A stretch of 64,000 nucleotides of DNA from contig CBDCXR010000004.1 of the NCBI GenBank assembly GCA_965223845.1, forward strand, positions 2,304,001 to 2,368,000. Reading direction: 5' to 3'. The position numbers were made by a program, and so were the translations under genes. Positions 19,016-29,500 of this stretch are shown here, in pieces. Position 1 is the stretch's first letter; each line of letters begins with the position of its first letter. The notes beneath the pieces were generated by a model. It was not told the DNA's origin and searched no databases. It worked only from the letters and a program-made list of their open reading frames with translations. This DNA is from Planctomycetota bacterium. Its GTDB lineage: Bacteria > Planctomycetota > UBA8108 > SXIK01.

Positions 19016-19098
19016 CTCAGCGTCCTCGCCCTCTCAGTACCGAAGGATCCGCGTTCCCAGCGCCTCTTCGCGACAAGTCTCAATTGTACTCCCCCGCT

Positions 19099-19125
19099 CT
19101 AAGTTTCGCCCGCACAACATCTTGT
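19099..19125. promoter_or_regulatory. IHF-like site in the cohesin-gene/pgk divergent region
   Basis: CTAAGTTTCGCCCGCACAACATCTTGT matches TAA-N12-CAAYANCTTR. Confidence 0.35.
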
Positions 19126-19319
19126 AAAGCCTTCCTCACAGTTCACCCAACTCGATAGACAGATTCTGTCAATCACGTTCTTTCGGGGACCTGCGCGCCC
19201 GCCCGAGCGCGCCGGCCGCGCTGGACCTCGTCTTGATGCAACTGTGTGCGGCAGCTATCGTTGCGCCGCTGTCCCCTCGTCTTCTCGTTCCCCGAGGCCC
19301 CGCTCCACGGCTCGATTCG

Positions 19320-20516
19320 ATGAACAAACGCTCGGTTGAATCCCTAGACGTCCGCGGTCGACGTGTACTCGTTCGCGTCGATTTCAACGTCCCCCTCAAG
19401 GACGGCGAGATCACGGATGACCGCCGCATCCGCGCCGCTCTTCCGACGATTCGCTCGCTCGTTGATCGAGGCGCGCGAGTCATTCTCGTCTCGCACCTCG
19501 GGCGTCCGAAGGGGAAGCGGGTCCCGGAGATGAGCCTCGAGCCCGTCGCGATACGCCTCGGCGAGCTCCTTGGACGAAGCGTGCTCTTCGCGCCCGATTG
19601 CATCGGACCTGAAGTTCAAGCCAAACTTCAGGCCGTCGGCGACGGCGACGTGCTCCTCCTCGAAAACCTCCGCTATCACGGCGAGGAGACGCAGAACGAT
19701 CCCGAATTCAGCCAAAAACTCGCGGGGCTCGCGGAACTCTACGTGAACGATGCCTTCGGGACGGCGCACCGCGGTCACTCCTCGACGCTCGGCGCGGCGA
19801 AGCACTTCGAAAATCGTGCTGCCGGCCTCCTCCTCAAGAAGGAGATCGACTATCTCGGCGCGGCGCTCGAGTCGCCCGCGCGACCTTTCGTCGCGATCAT
19901 CGGCGGCGCGAAAATCTCGGGGAAGATCGACGTCATGCGGGCGCTCCTCGGGAAGGTCGACAGCCTCCTCGTCGGCGGAGGAATGGCGTACACGTTTTTT
20001 CGCGCGATGGGACGCGAAATCGGGAAGTCGCTCGTCGAGGAAGACCGAATCGAGGTGGCGAAAGAGATCTTGCGCGAGAGCGAAAAGGACGGATCGGCGG
20101 ACCTGCTTCTCCCGATCGATTGCGTGAGTGTCGAGCGCTTCGACAACGATGCCGAGCAGCTCGTCGTGCCGGCGGATGCGATTCCGGCCGATCGCGAGTG
20201 TCTCGACATCGGCCCGGCGACGCGAGAGCTCTACTCGGCGCGCATCGCTGAGGCGAAAACCGTCGTGTGGAACGGGCCGATGGGAGTCTTCGAGATGCCG
20301 AACTTCGCGCACGGCACGAACGCGGTCGCGAAGGCGCTCGTCGAGGCAACGGCCGCCGGCGCGACGACGATCGTCGGCGGCGGAGATTCCGCGGCGGCGA
20401 TCGAAGCCGCGGGTTACGCCGACGAGGTGAGTCACGTCTCGACGGGCGGCGGCGCTTCGCTCGAGTTCCTCGAGGGGAAAGAGCTCCCCGGAGTCAACGT
20501 GCTGAGCGACGCCTGA
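19320..20516 (+). CDS. pgk: Phosphoglycerate kinase
   Basis: [66 protein letters not shown]. Confidence 0.99.
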   Translation: MNKRSVESLDVRGRRVLVRVDFNVPLKDGEITDDRRIRAALPTIRSLVDRGARVILVSHLGRPKGKRVPEMSLEPVAIRLGELLGRSVLFAPDCIGPEVQAKLQAVGDGDVLLLENLRYHGEETQNDPEFSQKLAGLAELYVNDAFGTAHRGHSSTLGAAKHFENRAAGLLLKKEIDYLGAALESPARPFVAIIGGAKISGKIDVMRALLGKVDSLLVGGGMAYTFFRAMGREIGKSLVEEDRIEVAKEILRESEKDGSADLLLPIDCVSVERFDNDAEQLVVPADAIPADRECLDIGPATRELYSARIAEAKTVVWNGPMGVFEMPNFAHGTNAVAKALVEATAAGATTIVGGGDSAAAIEAAGYADEVSHVSTGGGASLEFLEGKELPGVNVLSDA

Positions 20517-20534
20517 CGCGGCGCTCGAAGCGTT

Positions 20535-21353
20535 TCACACGACGAACGGCGTTCCGTTCCACTCGCCGAAGGCTTCGACGTAGGGAACGAGCGCTGGGTA
20601 CTCGTCCGTGCGCTCCTCGAGCCACGACTTCGTCTCCGCGACGAGATCCTGCTCCGCCTCGAGCGTGAGCTCGCCCGTCATCACTCGCGTCCGGAGGAAC
20701 ACGAAGTACGTATCGAGAACGTCGTGGAGACAGTAGTCGTTGATCTCTTGGATCTTTCCGTCGCGGTAGAGGGCGTCGACCTGATCGCCGCTCGTCTCCA
20801 TCTTTCCCGGTTTTCCGAGCACCTTGGCCAGCAGGTTGAGCCCGCCGGCGAGTCGGTACGCTCCGTACTCCGTGAGCCACTCGAGGAGATCGATGTGCTT
20901 CGACGTGAAGCGGTAGCGGAAGCCGAAGCGATCCGGATCGGCGAAGTAGGCCGGCGCCGAAGTGCCGTAGCGAAACGCGCTCAGGCTGAGCAGCGGCAAA
21001 TCGAAGCCGCGGCCGTTGAAGTCGACGAGACGCGCCTTCGTAAACGCACAAACTCCGCGCCAAAAGAGGTCGACCATCTCCCTGGGGTCGAAGCGAGGAG
21101 AATCGAGGCACGCGAGTCCGCGCAGGCGAAAATCCGGGCCGACTTTCGCAGTGGCAATCGCGACTGGGACGTGAAACGTCACGGGGACGAACACGTCGTC
21201 CGGCGCGTCGGGATTCTTCTCCTCGCGGTATCGCGAAAGCGCCTCGTCGGGAGAGAGATCCTGACCCGAGTAGAGCGTGCGCGAGAGGAGCGCACCGTCG
21301 ACGACGCTCTCGGTATCATAGACGAGATAGGCGATTTCTCGTGCGTCACTCAA
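20535..21353 (-). CDS. Predicted PolB-like 3'-5' exonuclease (DEDDy; COG3298/WlaX-like)
   Basis: ExoI YDTES, ExoII FNGRGFDLP, HIDL, ExoIII YCLHD. TTG start at 21353 inferred. Confidence 0.85.
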   Translation of the reverse strand: MSDAREIAYLVYDTESVVDGALLSRTLYSGQDLSPDEALSRYREEKNPDAPDDVFVPVTFHVPVAIATAKVGPDFRLRGLACLDSPRFDPREMVDLFWRGVCAFTKARLVDFNGRGFDLPLLSLSAFRYGTSAPAYFADPDRFGFRYRFTSKHIDLLEWLTEYGAYRLAGGLNLLAKVLGKPGKMETSGDQVDALYRDGKIQEINDYCLHDVLDTYFVFLRTRVMTGELTLEAEQDLVAETKSWLEERTDEYPALVPYVEAFGEWNGTPFVV

Positions 21354-21392
21354 GGAACGTCCCCCGCGAGAATCGAGTCGCAACGCTCTCCA

Positions 21393-21430
21393 CAAACAAC
21401 GTGCGACAACGTATGACAATTCTCGACAAA
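21393..21430. promoter_or_regulatory. Four ACAA direct repeats at 10-bp period; includes a 20-mer shared with 53928-53947
   Basis: ACAA at 21396, 21406, 21416 and 21426; ACGTATGACAATTCTCGACA at 21409-21428. Confidence 0.55.
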
Positions 21431-21546
21431 CTGAAACCCCCACGCCGCGTCGAGCCGCCGGAAAATCGACGATCGAAGCGTGGGACGGTTGCCAGCGAGT
21501 GCGCGGACCGTAGGGCGAGCCGAACCGCAGAGAAAGGGCGCGCGAC

Positions 21547-23574
21547 ATGAGGTCCGGTTTCTTCCGATCACGGGCCGTTCTCTGGATCGCGGGGACTGCA
21601 GCGCTCCTCCTGACGATCGTCGTGTGCGGACTCGGTCTGCGCGAAGCCACTCACCAGTACCGACGCGTCGAAGATGCGATCCTCAGCTCGCAGCGAGAGC
21701 TCGCGCGCGAGACCGGCCCGCGACTCGCAACGGAGCTGAGAGAGAAAGCGCGTGCGCGCCTCGATCGGCTCGAATCGGCGATGGCATCCGGAGAGACGCC
21801 CGGATCGGACGCCATCGGACGCGAATTCGTCGTCGGACGTCGCGGGGCTGAGCTCGTCGGTGCGCGGCGGCGAGAGCCGGGAACCACGATGGTGGACCTC
21901 TCCGCGCTCCGATCCGCCGGAAGTCTGCGGCCCGCCCTCACCATCGACGACCCGGCCCAGCGCACCGACACTCTGCGCGCCGTCGCGAGAAGCGGCGCCG
22001 AGCCCGAAGCGCGCTGGCGCGCCGAGGCGCTTCGCGCCGACTCTCTCCGGCGAAGCGGCGACACCGACGCGGCCGTCACCCTCTACTCGACTCTCGTCTC
22101 CCGCGCCGCGTCTCCGGAACGAGAGACCTTCGTTCCGTCGCTCGTTCAACTCAGCCTCGCGTTCAGCGCGGTGCTCATCGATGCCGGTCGCGACGACGAA
22201 GCGAGCGAGGTCCTAGTGCGGGCCATCGACCGGCTCGAGACCGGAGCGACGGTGACGACGCGCTCGGAAGAGGCGTACTTCCTCCGCCGCGTCGCAGCGC
22301 TCTCTCCGAGCCACGCCGAGCTTCTCGAGAAGGCGGCGCGTCGCCGCGACGTACTCGCGCGCGAGGCTCTCGCCCAACGGGCCGCCGAGCTCGTCCGCGC
22401 GGAACTTTCGTCGGCCGGAAATCGGGAAACGCGGGCGCTCTTCGATCCCACCCTCGGCTTCGTTTTTTGGCGTCCCTACCGCGACGCCGGTCGCGCCAAC
22501 GTCGCCGCCCTCGCGATCTCGTCGGCGGCGACCGAGGTTGCGTCCTCCGCTGAGGAGCTTCTCGATGCGCGCCATCTCGCGGCTCGCTACGGCGTTCGAC
22601 CCCGCGTCGATCGAGACGAGACCTCGACCGCGCTCGATCACACGGACGACGCCCCCGGCGTCGCGCTCGCGACTCTCGCTCCCCCCTTCGAAGCCCTGGA
22701 GCTCTATCTCGATGCAGGCGAGGTCGAGCGCCTCGTCGGCGACGCTCGGCGTCCCTTCATCCACGCGGGGATCTTGATCGGCGGACTCGCGCTCGGGCTC
22801 GTCTGTTGCCTCGGCGTGCTCCTCGCGGTCGCCCGGCGCGAGGCTCAACTCGCGCGGATGAAATCGGAGTTCGTCGCGAACGTTTCCCACGAGCTGAAGA
22901 CGCCACTCGCTCTCATTCGAATGTTTGCCGAGACACTCCTCCTTCGTCGCTTGAGCGACGACGGCCAGCGCGACAAGTACTACCGCATCATCACGCGCGA
23001 AAGCGAACGACTCTCCCACCTCGTCGCGAATGTGCTCAACTTTTCGAGCATCGAGGCGGGACGAAAGTCCTACGAGTTCGCCGTGATCGACCTGGGGGCG
23101 GTCGTTCGAGATGTCGCCGAGAGCTATCAGTATCGACTCGACGAAAAAGGCTTCGAGCACGAAGTCGAGATCGCGGCGGATCTCCCATCCGTGCGAGCGG
23201 ACGCAGACGCCGTCCGGCAGGCAGTGATCAATCTCGTCGAGAACGCGATCAAGTACTCGCGCGAATCGCGCTTCGTGCGCGTCGAGGTCGAGCGGTCGAA
23301 GCGCGCGGTGGAGATCCGTGTCAGCGACCGCGGCGTCGGCATCTCCGCCGAGGAGCGCGCCCGGGTCTGGGAAGACTACTACCGCAGTCGCTCCGCGCGG
23401 GCCCTGGGAACGCGCGGAAGCGGACTCGGCCTCTCGGTCGTCCACCATATCGTGAAAGCTCACGGCGGCTCGGTCGACATCCAGAGTGAGCCCGAACGCG
23501 GGAGCACGTTCACGCTAGAGTTTCCCGTCGACGATTCACTCGACTCGACGGCCACCGCGGCGCCGCCAAACTGA
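21547..23574 (+). CDS. Membrane sensor histidine kinase (HisKA + HATPase) with large helical periplasmic domain
   Basis: Two TM segments; H-box VSHELKTPL; N-box NLVENAIKY; DRGVGI; GSGLGL. Confidence 0.93.
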   Translation: MRSGFFRSRAVLWIAGTAALLLTIVVCGLGLREATHQYRRVEDAILSSQRELARETGPRLATELREKARARLDRLESAMASGETPGSDAIGREFVVGRRGAELVGARRREPGTTMVDLSALRSAGSLRPALTIDDPAQRTDTLRAVARSGAEPEARWRAEALRADSLRRSGDTDAAVTLYSTLVSRAASPERETFVPSLVQLSLAFSAVLIDAGRDDEASEVLVRAIDRLETGATVTTRSEEAYFLRRVAALSPSHAELLEKAARRRDVLAREALAQRAAELVRAELSSAGNRETRALFDPTLGFVFWRPYRDAGRANVAALAISSAATEVASSAEELLDARHLAARYGVRPRVDRDETSTALDHTDDAPGVALATLAPPFEALELYLDAGEVERLVGDARRPFIHAGILIGGLALGLVCCLGVLLAVARREAQLARMKSEFVANVSHELKTPLALIRMFAETLLLRRLSDDGQRDKYYRIITRESERLSHLVANVLNFSSIEAGRKSYEFAVIDLGAVVRDVAESYQYRLDEKGFEHEVEIAADLPSVRADADAVRQAVINLVENAIKYSRESRFVRVEVERSKRAVEIRVSDRGVGISAEERARVWEDYYRSRSARALGTRGSGLGLSVVHHIVKAHGGSVDIQSEPERGSTFTLEFPVDDSLDSTATAAPPN

Positions 23575-23584
23575 GGTTCGCAGC

Positions 23585-24298
23585 TTGTCAGTCCCCAATC
23601 CGACCTCCTCCACCCCCTCGACCATTCTCGTCGTCGAGGACGATCCGGACATGGCGCTCGGTCTCCGAGACAACCTCGAGTTCGAAGGCTATCGCGTCGT
23701 CGTCGCGACCAGTGGAGAAGAAGGGATCGAGCAAGCGGATAAGAACGTTCCCGCGTGCATTCTTCTCGACGTGATGCTCCCGGGCATCGACGGGTTCACT
23801 GTCTGCCACGAGCTTCGCAGCCGCGGGGTTCGCGCTCCGATCATCATGCTTACGGCGCGCGGACAAGAGATCGATAAGGTACGCGGACTCGAGCTCGGTG
23901 CCGATGACTACGTGACCAAGCCCTTCGGCGTTCAAGAACTGCTCGCGCGCATTCGCGCGGCGCTCCGGCGAGCCGGGAGCGCCGCGCCGGCGGCCGCCCA
24001 CGAGGCGATCATCGGCGATGCGCGTGTCGATTTCATCGCCGGCCGAGTTGAGCGCGACGGAAGGGAGATGGCGCTCGGGCACTACGAGACCGAAGTGCTC
24101 AAGATGCTCATCGAGCACGCCGGGGAAGTCGTGTCGCGTCAGGACATGCTCAAGGAGATCTGGGGTCTCACGAACGAGCCGCAGAACCGCAGCGTCGACA
24201 ATCACGTCGTCAGCCTGAGGCGAAAGCTCGAACTCGAGGCTTCGCGGCCCCGGCACATCCTGACGATTCACGGTCTCGGCTACAAAATCGTGTACTAG
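23585..24298 (+). CDS. OmpR/PhoB-family response regulator
   Basis: LVVEDD, LLDVMLP, MLTAR, GADDYVTKPF; winged-helix RSVDNHVVSLRRKLE...TIHGLGY. Confidence 0.95.
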   Translation: MSVPNPTSSTPSTILVVEDDPDMALGLRDNLEFEGYRVVVATSGEEGIEQADKNVPACILLDVMLPGIDGFTVCHELRSRGVRAPIIMLTARGQEIDKVRGLELGADDYVTKPFGVQELLARIRAALRRAGSAAPAAAHEAIIGDARVDFIAGRVERDGREMALGHYETEVLKMLIEHAGEVVSRQDMLKEIWGLTNEPQNRSVDNHVVSLRRKLELEASRPRHILTIHGLGYKIVY

Positions 24299-24302
24299 CA
24301 CT

Positions 24303-26426
24303 GTGTCGACGACGAGCGCTTCAACAACGAGATTCACGCTTGATTCGGTCGTGCGCCACGCGCGGCGAGCGTTCTACCGCCCCGCGCTCGTGCTTACGGT
24401 CACGATACTGTCGATCGTCGGCAGCTACGCCGAGTCGACGGAGGAAGAACTTGAAGCCGCGTTCTTTCTCGAGAGCACCTCGAGTGACATCGACGAGGCG
24501 CTTCGAGCGTACCAGCGCATCCTCGAACGAGCGGATGTCACTGTACCGATCGCCGCGAGAGCCTGGCTGCGGATCGGGATCTGTCACGCGCTGGCGGGAC
24601 GGGGTCGCGATGCGCGCACCGCGTGGAGGCGGGTGAGCGAAGAGTTCGCGTCCGAGACCGAGACCGTCAACGCGGCACTCCGCGCTCTCGAAGAGGCTCG
24701 AGATCATCCGGCGCGCTTCGCCCCGCCGGATGCCCTCCTCTACGTCGAATGGATCCGTCCGGAGGAACACATTCCCCATCTCGTTCGACTCCTTCGCGGG
24801 ACACCGTTTCAGAATCCGGTCGATGTCTACCGGTCGTATCTCGAGCGAAGCACGACGCGGAAGGTCACGCCCGACGAATCGGATGAGGGGGCGCACGTAG
24901 ACACACGACTTCCGAGCGTGCAGCGAACGGGTGCCGTGCGCGAGGCGTCGGCGGTGCTCAACGAAGGCTTTCTCCGCGAGCTCGGGAAGATCGACGGATT
25001 GAGTCTCGTCGTTCTCGATGTACCGGATGAGGAGCCGCGGCTCCTCGTCATCCTCGAGCCCGGAGAGAGCGACATCGCGCGCGGCCTCGTTCAGTTCACT
25101 CTCGCCGTGACGGGAGCGCACCTCGTCACGGATCCGGTGCACGAGGGATTCCCCGTGTTTCAGACCGTCGCGAGGGAAGGCGAGGGAGCGACGATCGCGA
25201 TCGGGGAGGACGTCGTCCTCATCGGAAACTCCGGAGAAGCCGTGAACGAGGCGATCGTCCGCTACACGACAGGCGGAGCTTCGCTAGAAGGCGTTCCCGC
25301 GTTTCGCTCGCGGCTTCGGCTGCGTCCCGGCAGTTTCGTCTTTTCCTACTTGAGTGTTTCGCACGCACTCGACGTCGTCCGAAGCCAGCAATCGGAGTTC
25401 GAGCGACGACAGTTTGACGCGGCGCGCTCGGGACTCGAGCTCGATAGCATCCGTGCGCTCCATCTCTCGGTGGCGCTCGATGTCGCTGCGGACGAGCTGA
25501 GCGTTACGGCCGAAACGACTTTCGAGCGCGACGGTCATCCGGCGTGGAGCCTCTTACGAACGCCTCCGGTCCGTCCCGGCGGAATCGATCCGCCGGGGCT
25601 TCGCGACGCGCTGGCGTCGATGTCGTTCGACATGCCGAGAGCGAGCGATTGGAGCGCAGCGACCCGCACGCTCCTCGAATCCTTCCTCGAGGCCGGCGGA
25701 ACCGCTCCGGAGCTGCCCGCCGACTCGGAGACGGGATCCGGCGACCGTAACGAGAGCGCTTCGGGCGAGACCAGATCGTCGGACGACCCGAACGCCGTCT
25801 CGCGCACGACCCTCGAGTCGGCTCCACTCGCGAACGCGTACGTCGTCCTCGACGAGCTGGAGAGCGTACGCATCGGCCTACGCCCTCTCGAACCGAGGCG
25901 TCCACCACTGGCGGGATTCTTCGCGGCACTCCGCTTCGCCACGCCGGAACGCGGCCTCGACGCGCTCGAACAAACGATCCGCACGACGGCGCACGACATC
26001 TTGCGCAGCCCGGCGAGTATCGCCTTCTCCGATCACTCTATTGAGGCGCGGGGAGAAACTCTGCCCGCGAGGCGATTCGAACCGCTTCCGGGCGTGGAGC
26101 TCTTTCTCGCCCAGCGCGGCGAGTGGGTGGTCCTCGCGCGCTCGGAGGAGAACGTAACGGCCTGGTCGGCCGACCAGAGCGAGACACCCGGCGGCGAGGA
26201 ACCTCCGGCGACGGGACCGAGCAAAGTCTTCCGATTTCACCCGGCGGCGCTCGTGCGTTCGCTCGCACGCTCGGAGATCAGAACTCCCACGCGCGTTCTC
26301 TTTGCGAACATCGCCGAGATCTCTGCCGTCTCGTACGAATCCGAGTCGCGGCTGCGGGTCGAAGGCACGATCCCGGATCTCGTCGAGACGACGCGGCGCG
26401 TGCTCGAGGGCCTCGCACGCGAATGA
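24303..26426 (+). CDS. Exported protein: N-terminal TPR plus large uncharacterised (DUF3352-like) region
   Basis: Hydrophobic N-terminal segment; TPR-like AARAWLRIGICHALAG..ARTAWRRV; starts 4 bp after the response regulator. Confidence 0.6.
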   Translation: MSTTSASTTRFTLDSVVRHARRAFYRPALVLTVTILSIVGSYAESTEEELEAAFFLESTSSDIDEALRAYQRILERADVTVPIAARAWLRIGICHALAGRGRDARTAWRRVSEEFASETETVNAALRALEEARDHPARFAPPDALLYVEWIRPEEHIPHLVRLLRGTPFQNPVDVYRSYLERSTTRKVTPDESDEGAHVDTRLPSVQRTGAVREASAVLNEGFLRELGKIDGLSLVVLDVPDEEPRLLVILEPGESDIARGLVQFTLAVTGAHLVTDPVHEGFPVFQTVAREGEGATIAIGEDVVLIGNSGEAVNEAIVRYTTGGASLEGVPAFRSRLRLRPGSFVFSYLSVSHALDVVRSQQSEFERRQFDAARSGLELDSIRALHLSVALDVAADELSVTAETTFERDGHPAWSLLRTPPVRPGGIDPPGLRDALASMSFDMPRASDWSAATRTLLESFLEAGGTAPELPADSETGSGDRNESASGETRSSDDPNAVSRTTLESAPLANAYVVLDELESVRIGLRPLEPRRPPLAGFFAALRFATPERGLDALEQTIRTTAHDILRSPASIAFSDHSIEARGETLPARRFEPLPGVELFLAQRGEWVVLARSEENVTAWSADQSETPGGEEPPATGPSKVFRFHPAALVRSLARSEIRTPTRVLFANIAEISAVSYESESRLRVEGTIPDLVETTRRVLEGLARE

Positions 26427-26570
26427 CCGCAGGTGACGGAGGGCGCGTTTCTCCGGGGCTCCGCCGTCGCGCGCCGGAGTGGACCGCGGGTCGGCCAAGC
26501 GGGATAATGGCTCCTCTTCGTGCGAGTCCGTCCGTCCAACCCGCCTTCACCCCCCGGTTCGAATCCGACG

Positions 26571-29500
26571 ATGCGACCATCGATTGTTCTCTTCTCGGCG
26601 ATCGCCGCCTCGGCGACGCTTCACGGGCAGGTGGTCATCAATGAAATCCATCACTCTCCCCGCGACAAGACGGCGGGAGAGGAGTTTGTCGAGCTCTACA
26701 ACAATGGAGTGAGCACCGCCGATCTCTCGGGTTGGTATTTCTCCGACGGGATCAGCTTCACCTTCCCGGACGGAACGCAGCTCGAAGCGGGAGATTATCT
26801 CGTCGTCGCGAGTGACCCGGACGCTCTGATCGATCGATTCGGACCCGGACGGGTCGTCGGTCCGTTTGCGGGCGGGCTGAGCGGCCGCGGCGAGCAGCTC
26901 ATCTTGCGAAACGCGGACGGCGTGCGAGAGGACGAGGTCGACTACGGCGACGGGTTTCCCTGGCCAGTCGTCGGGGGAAGAAGCGCGCCCAACTACTCGA
27001 TCGAGCTCGCCCATCCCGACCTCGACAACGATCTCGGCGCCAGCTGGCGACCGTCGAACCCGAGTCTGAACGAATCGAACGCTCTCCTTCGTTCGCGCGC
27101 CGTCTGGCGATATCGCAAGGGAACGAGCGAGCCGCCTTCGACTTGGCGAACGCTCGAGTTCGACGATGCCGACTGGTCGGTCGGGACGACGAGCATCGGC
27201 TACGGCGACGGCGATGACTCGACCGAGCTCTCCGACATGCGGAACTCGTACTCGAGTGTGTACCTTCGGCACCGCTTCACCATCGAGCCGAACGGCGTCC
27301 CGGCGGCAGTACAGCTCCGCTTGTACGTAGACGACGGTGCCGCGGTGTGGATCAACGGGAGCGAGGTCCACCGCGCACACGTTTCGGGAGGCGCGCTCGC
27401 GTACGACGACTTCGCGAGCAACCACGAGGCCGAGTGGGAGGAGATCAGCCTCGGGAACGCGCCTTCGTTTCTAGTCGAGGGCGACAACGTCATCGCGATC
27501 CATGCACTCAATGCGACGATCGGCAGCTCCGACTTTTCCATCGACGCGGAGCTTCTCACCACCTCGGCTTCGGCGGCGCCGACCCCCGGACGGGCGAACG
27601 CGGTATTCTCTCCGAACATCGGGCCCCAGCTTCGCCAAGTGAACCATTCTCCGCGCGAGCCGGTGTCGGGGATGCCGGTCTACGTCTCCGTCAAGGCCAC
27701 TGACCCCGACGGCGTTACCGGTGTCACGCTCAGCTACCAGACCGTCGATCCGGGCGAGTACATCGGACTCAGCGACCCGGAATACCAAGACGGCTGGACG
27801 GACGTCTCACTCCACGACGACGGACTGGGCGGCGACGAGCTCGCCGGCGACGACGTCTACACGGTCGAGCTCCCGGGCGCTCTTCACGTTCATCGCCGTC
27901 TCGTACGCTTCCGTCTCAGCGCGATGGACGGCGCCGGGAACGAAGTTCGGGCGCCGTTCCCCGAAGACCCCGTGCCGAATTTCGCCTACTTCGTCTACGA
28001 CGGTGTTCCGTCGTGGACGGGAGCGCGGCGTCCTGGCGTTGCGAGCGTCGAGTACTCGAGCGATCTCCTCGAAAGCATCCCCGTCTATCACTTCATCACA
28101 GATCGACAAGACCATCTCAACGCGATCCATGTTCCGTACCGGTGGAACTCGCCGGACGAGGAAACGCCGACGAGCGGTTCCTACGGCGGATCCGATTACC
28201 GCTGGGAGGGAACCCTCGTCTACGAGGGCCGCGTCTACGACCACATTCGATTCCGCGCGCGTGGCGGCGTGTGGCGGTACTCGATGGGAAAGAACATGTG
28301 GAAGTTCGACTTCCCCCGCGGTCACTCATTCGCGGCGCGCGACGACTTCGGCCGGCGCTATCGGGCCCGCTGGGACAAGCTCAATTTCTCCGCACTCATC
28401 CAGCAGGGGAACTTCCGCCAGCGCGGCGAGCAAGGTCTCTTCGAAGCCGTCGGATTTCGTCTCCACAACCTCGCGGGAAACCCGGCGTCAAAAACGCATT
28501 ACGTTCACTACCGCCTCATCACCGGCCCAGATGAAGTCGGCCCCGACCAGTGGAGCGGCGATTTTCAGGGGCTCTATCTCGCGATCGAGCAGCTCGACGG
28601 TCGCTTTCTCGACGAGCACGGCATTCCCGACGGCAACCTCTACAAGATGGAAGGTGGGACCGGCGAGCTCAACAATCAGGGCCCGACCCACCCGACCGAC
28701 AAGAGTGATCTCAACGCGTTCAAGGGAACGTACGAAGGCTCTTCACCGAGCGCGAGCTGGTGGCGTGCGAACCTCGATCTGGACGAATACTACAGCTTTC
28801 GCACGATCGTTCTCGCGATCCACGACTACGACATCCACGCTGGAAAGAACTACTTCTACTTCATTAATCCGGAGACCGAGCTCTGGACGGTGTACAACTG
28901 GGACCTCGATCTCTGCTGGACGACGACCTACAACGGCGGCGGCGGGAGGGGCCCGCTCAACCAGCACGTGCTCGACCCGTTCGCCGAGTTTCGGCTCGAG
29001 TACCGAAACCGCGTTCGCGAGCTCCGGGACCTCCTCTTCAATCCAGATCAGACGGGAATGCTGCTCGACGAAGTGGCCGGTGTGGTCTACGAGGCCGGAG
29101 CACCGTCGTTCGTCGACGCCGACCGCGCGATGTGGGATTACAACCCGATCCTCGTCTCGGACTACATCAACTCGACCAAAGCGGGTCACGGGCGGTACTA
29201 CGAGTTCGCCTCGAATCGAACCTTTGCGGGAATGGTAAACGTGCTCAAGTCGTACGTCTCGTCGCGCGGAAGTTGGCTCGATTCGAACGAAGCGAGTGAC
29301 AGCGCGATTCCGAATCGCCCCACGATGAGTTTCACCGGACCGGCGGGATTCCCCATCGACGCTCTCACGTTCGAGGCGAGCGCGTTCAGCGATCCGCAGG
29401 GAAGCGGAACCTTCGGTGCGATGACCTGGCGCGTGGCCGAGGTCGATCCGGGCGACACACCGCCCTTCGATCCGGAGCAGCCGAAACCAGTCGAGATCGA

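Noticed and set aside
19113-19126. CACAACATCTTGTA, resembling an NrdR box
   Set aside because: Single imperfect copy with no ribonucleotide reductase gene nearby; better explained as part of the IHF-like site.
26550-26570. GGTTCGAATCC, resembling a tRNA T-loop
   Set aside because: Only a 3-bp stem, with no acceptor, D or anticodon arms; it lies directly before a start codon.
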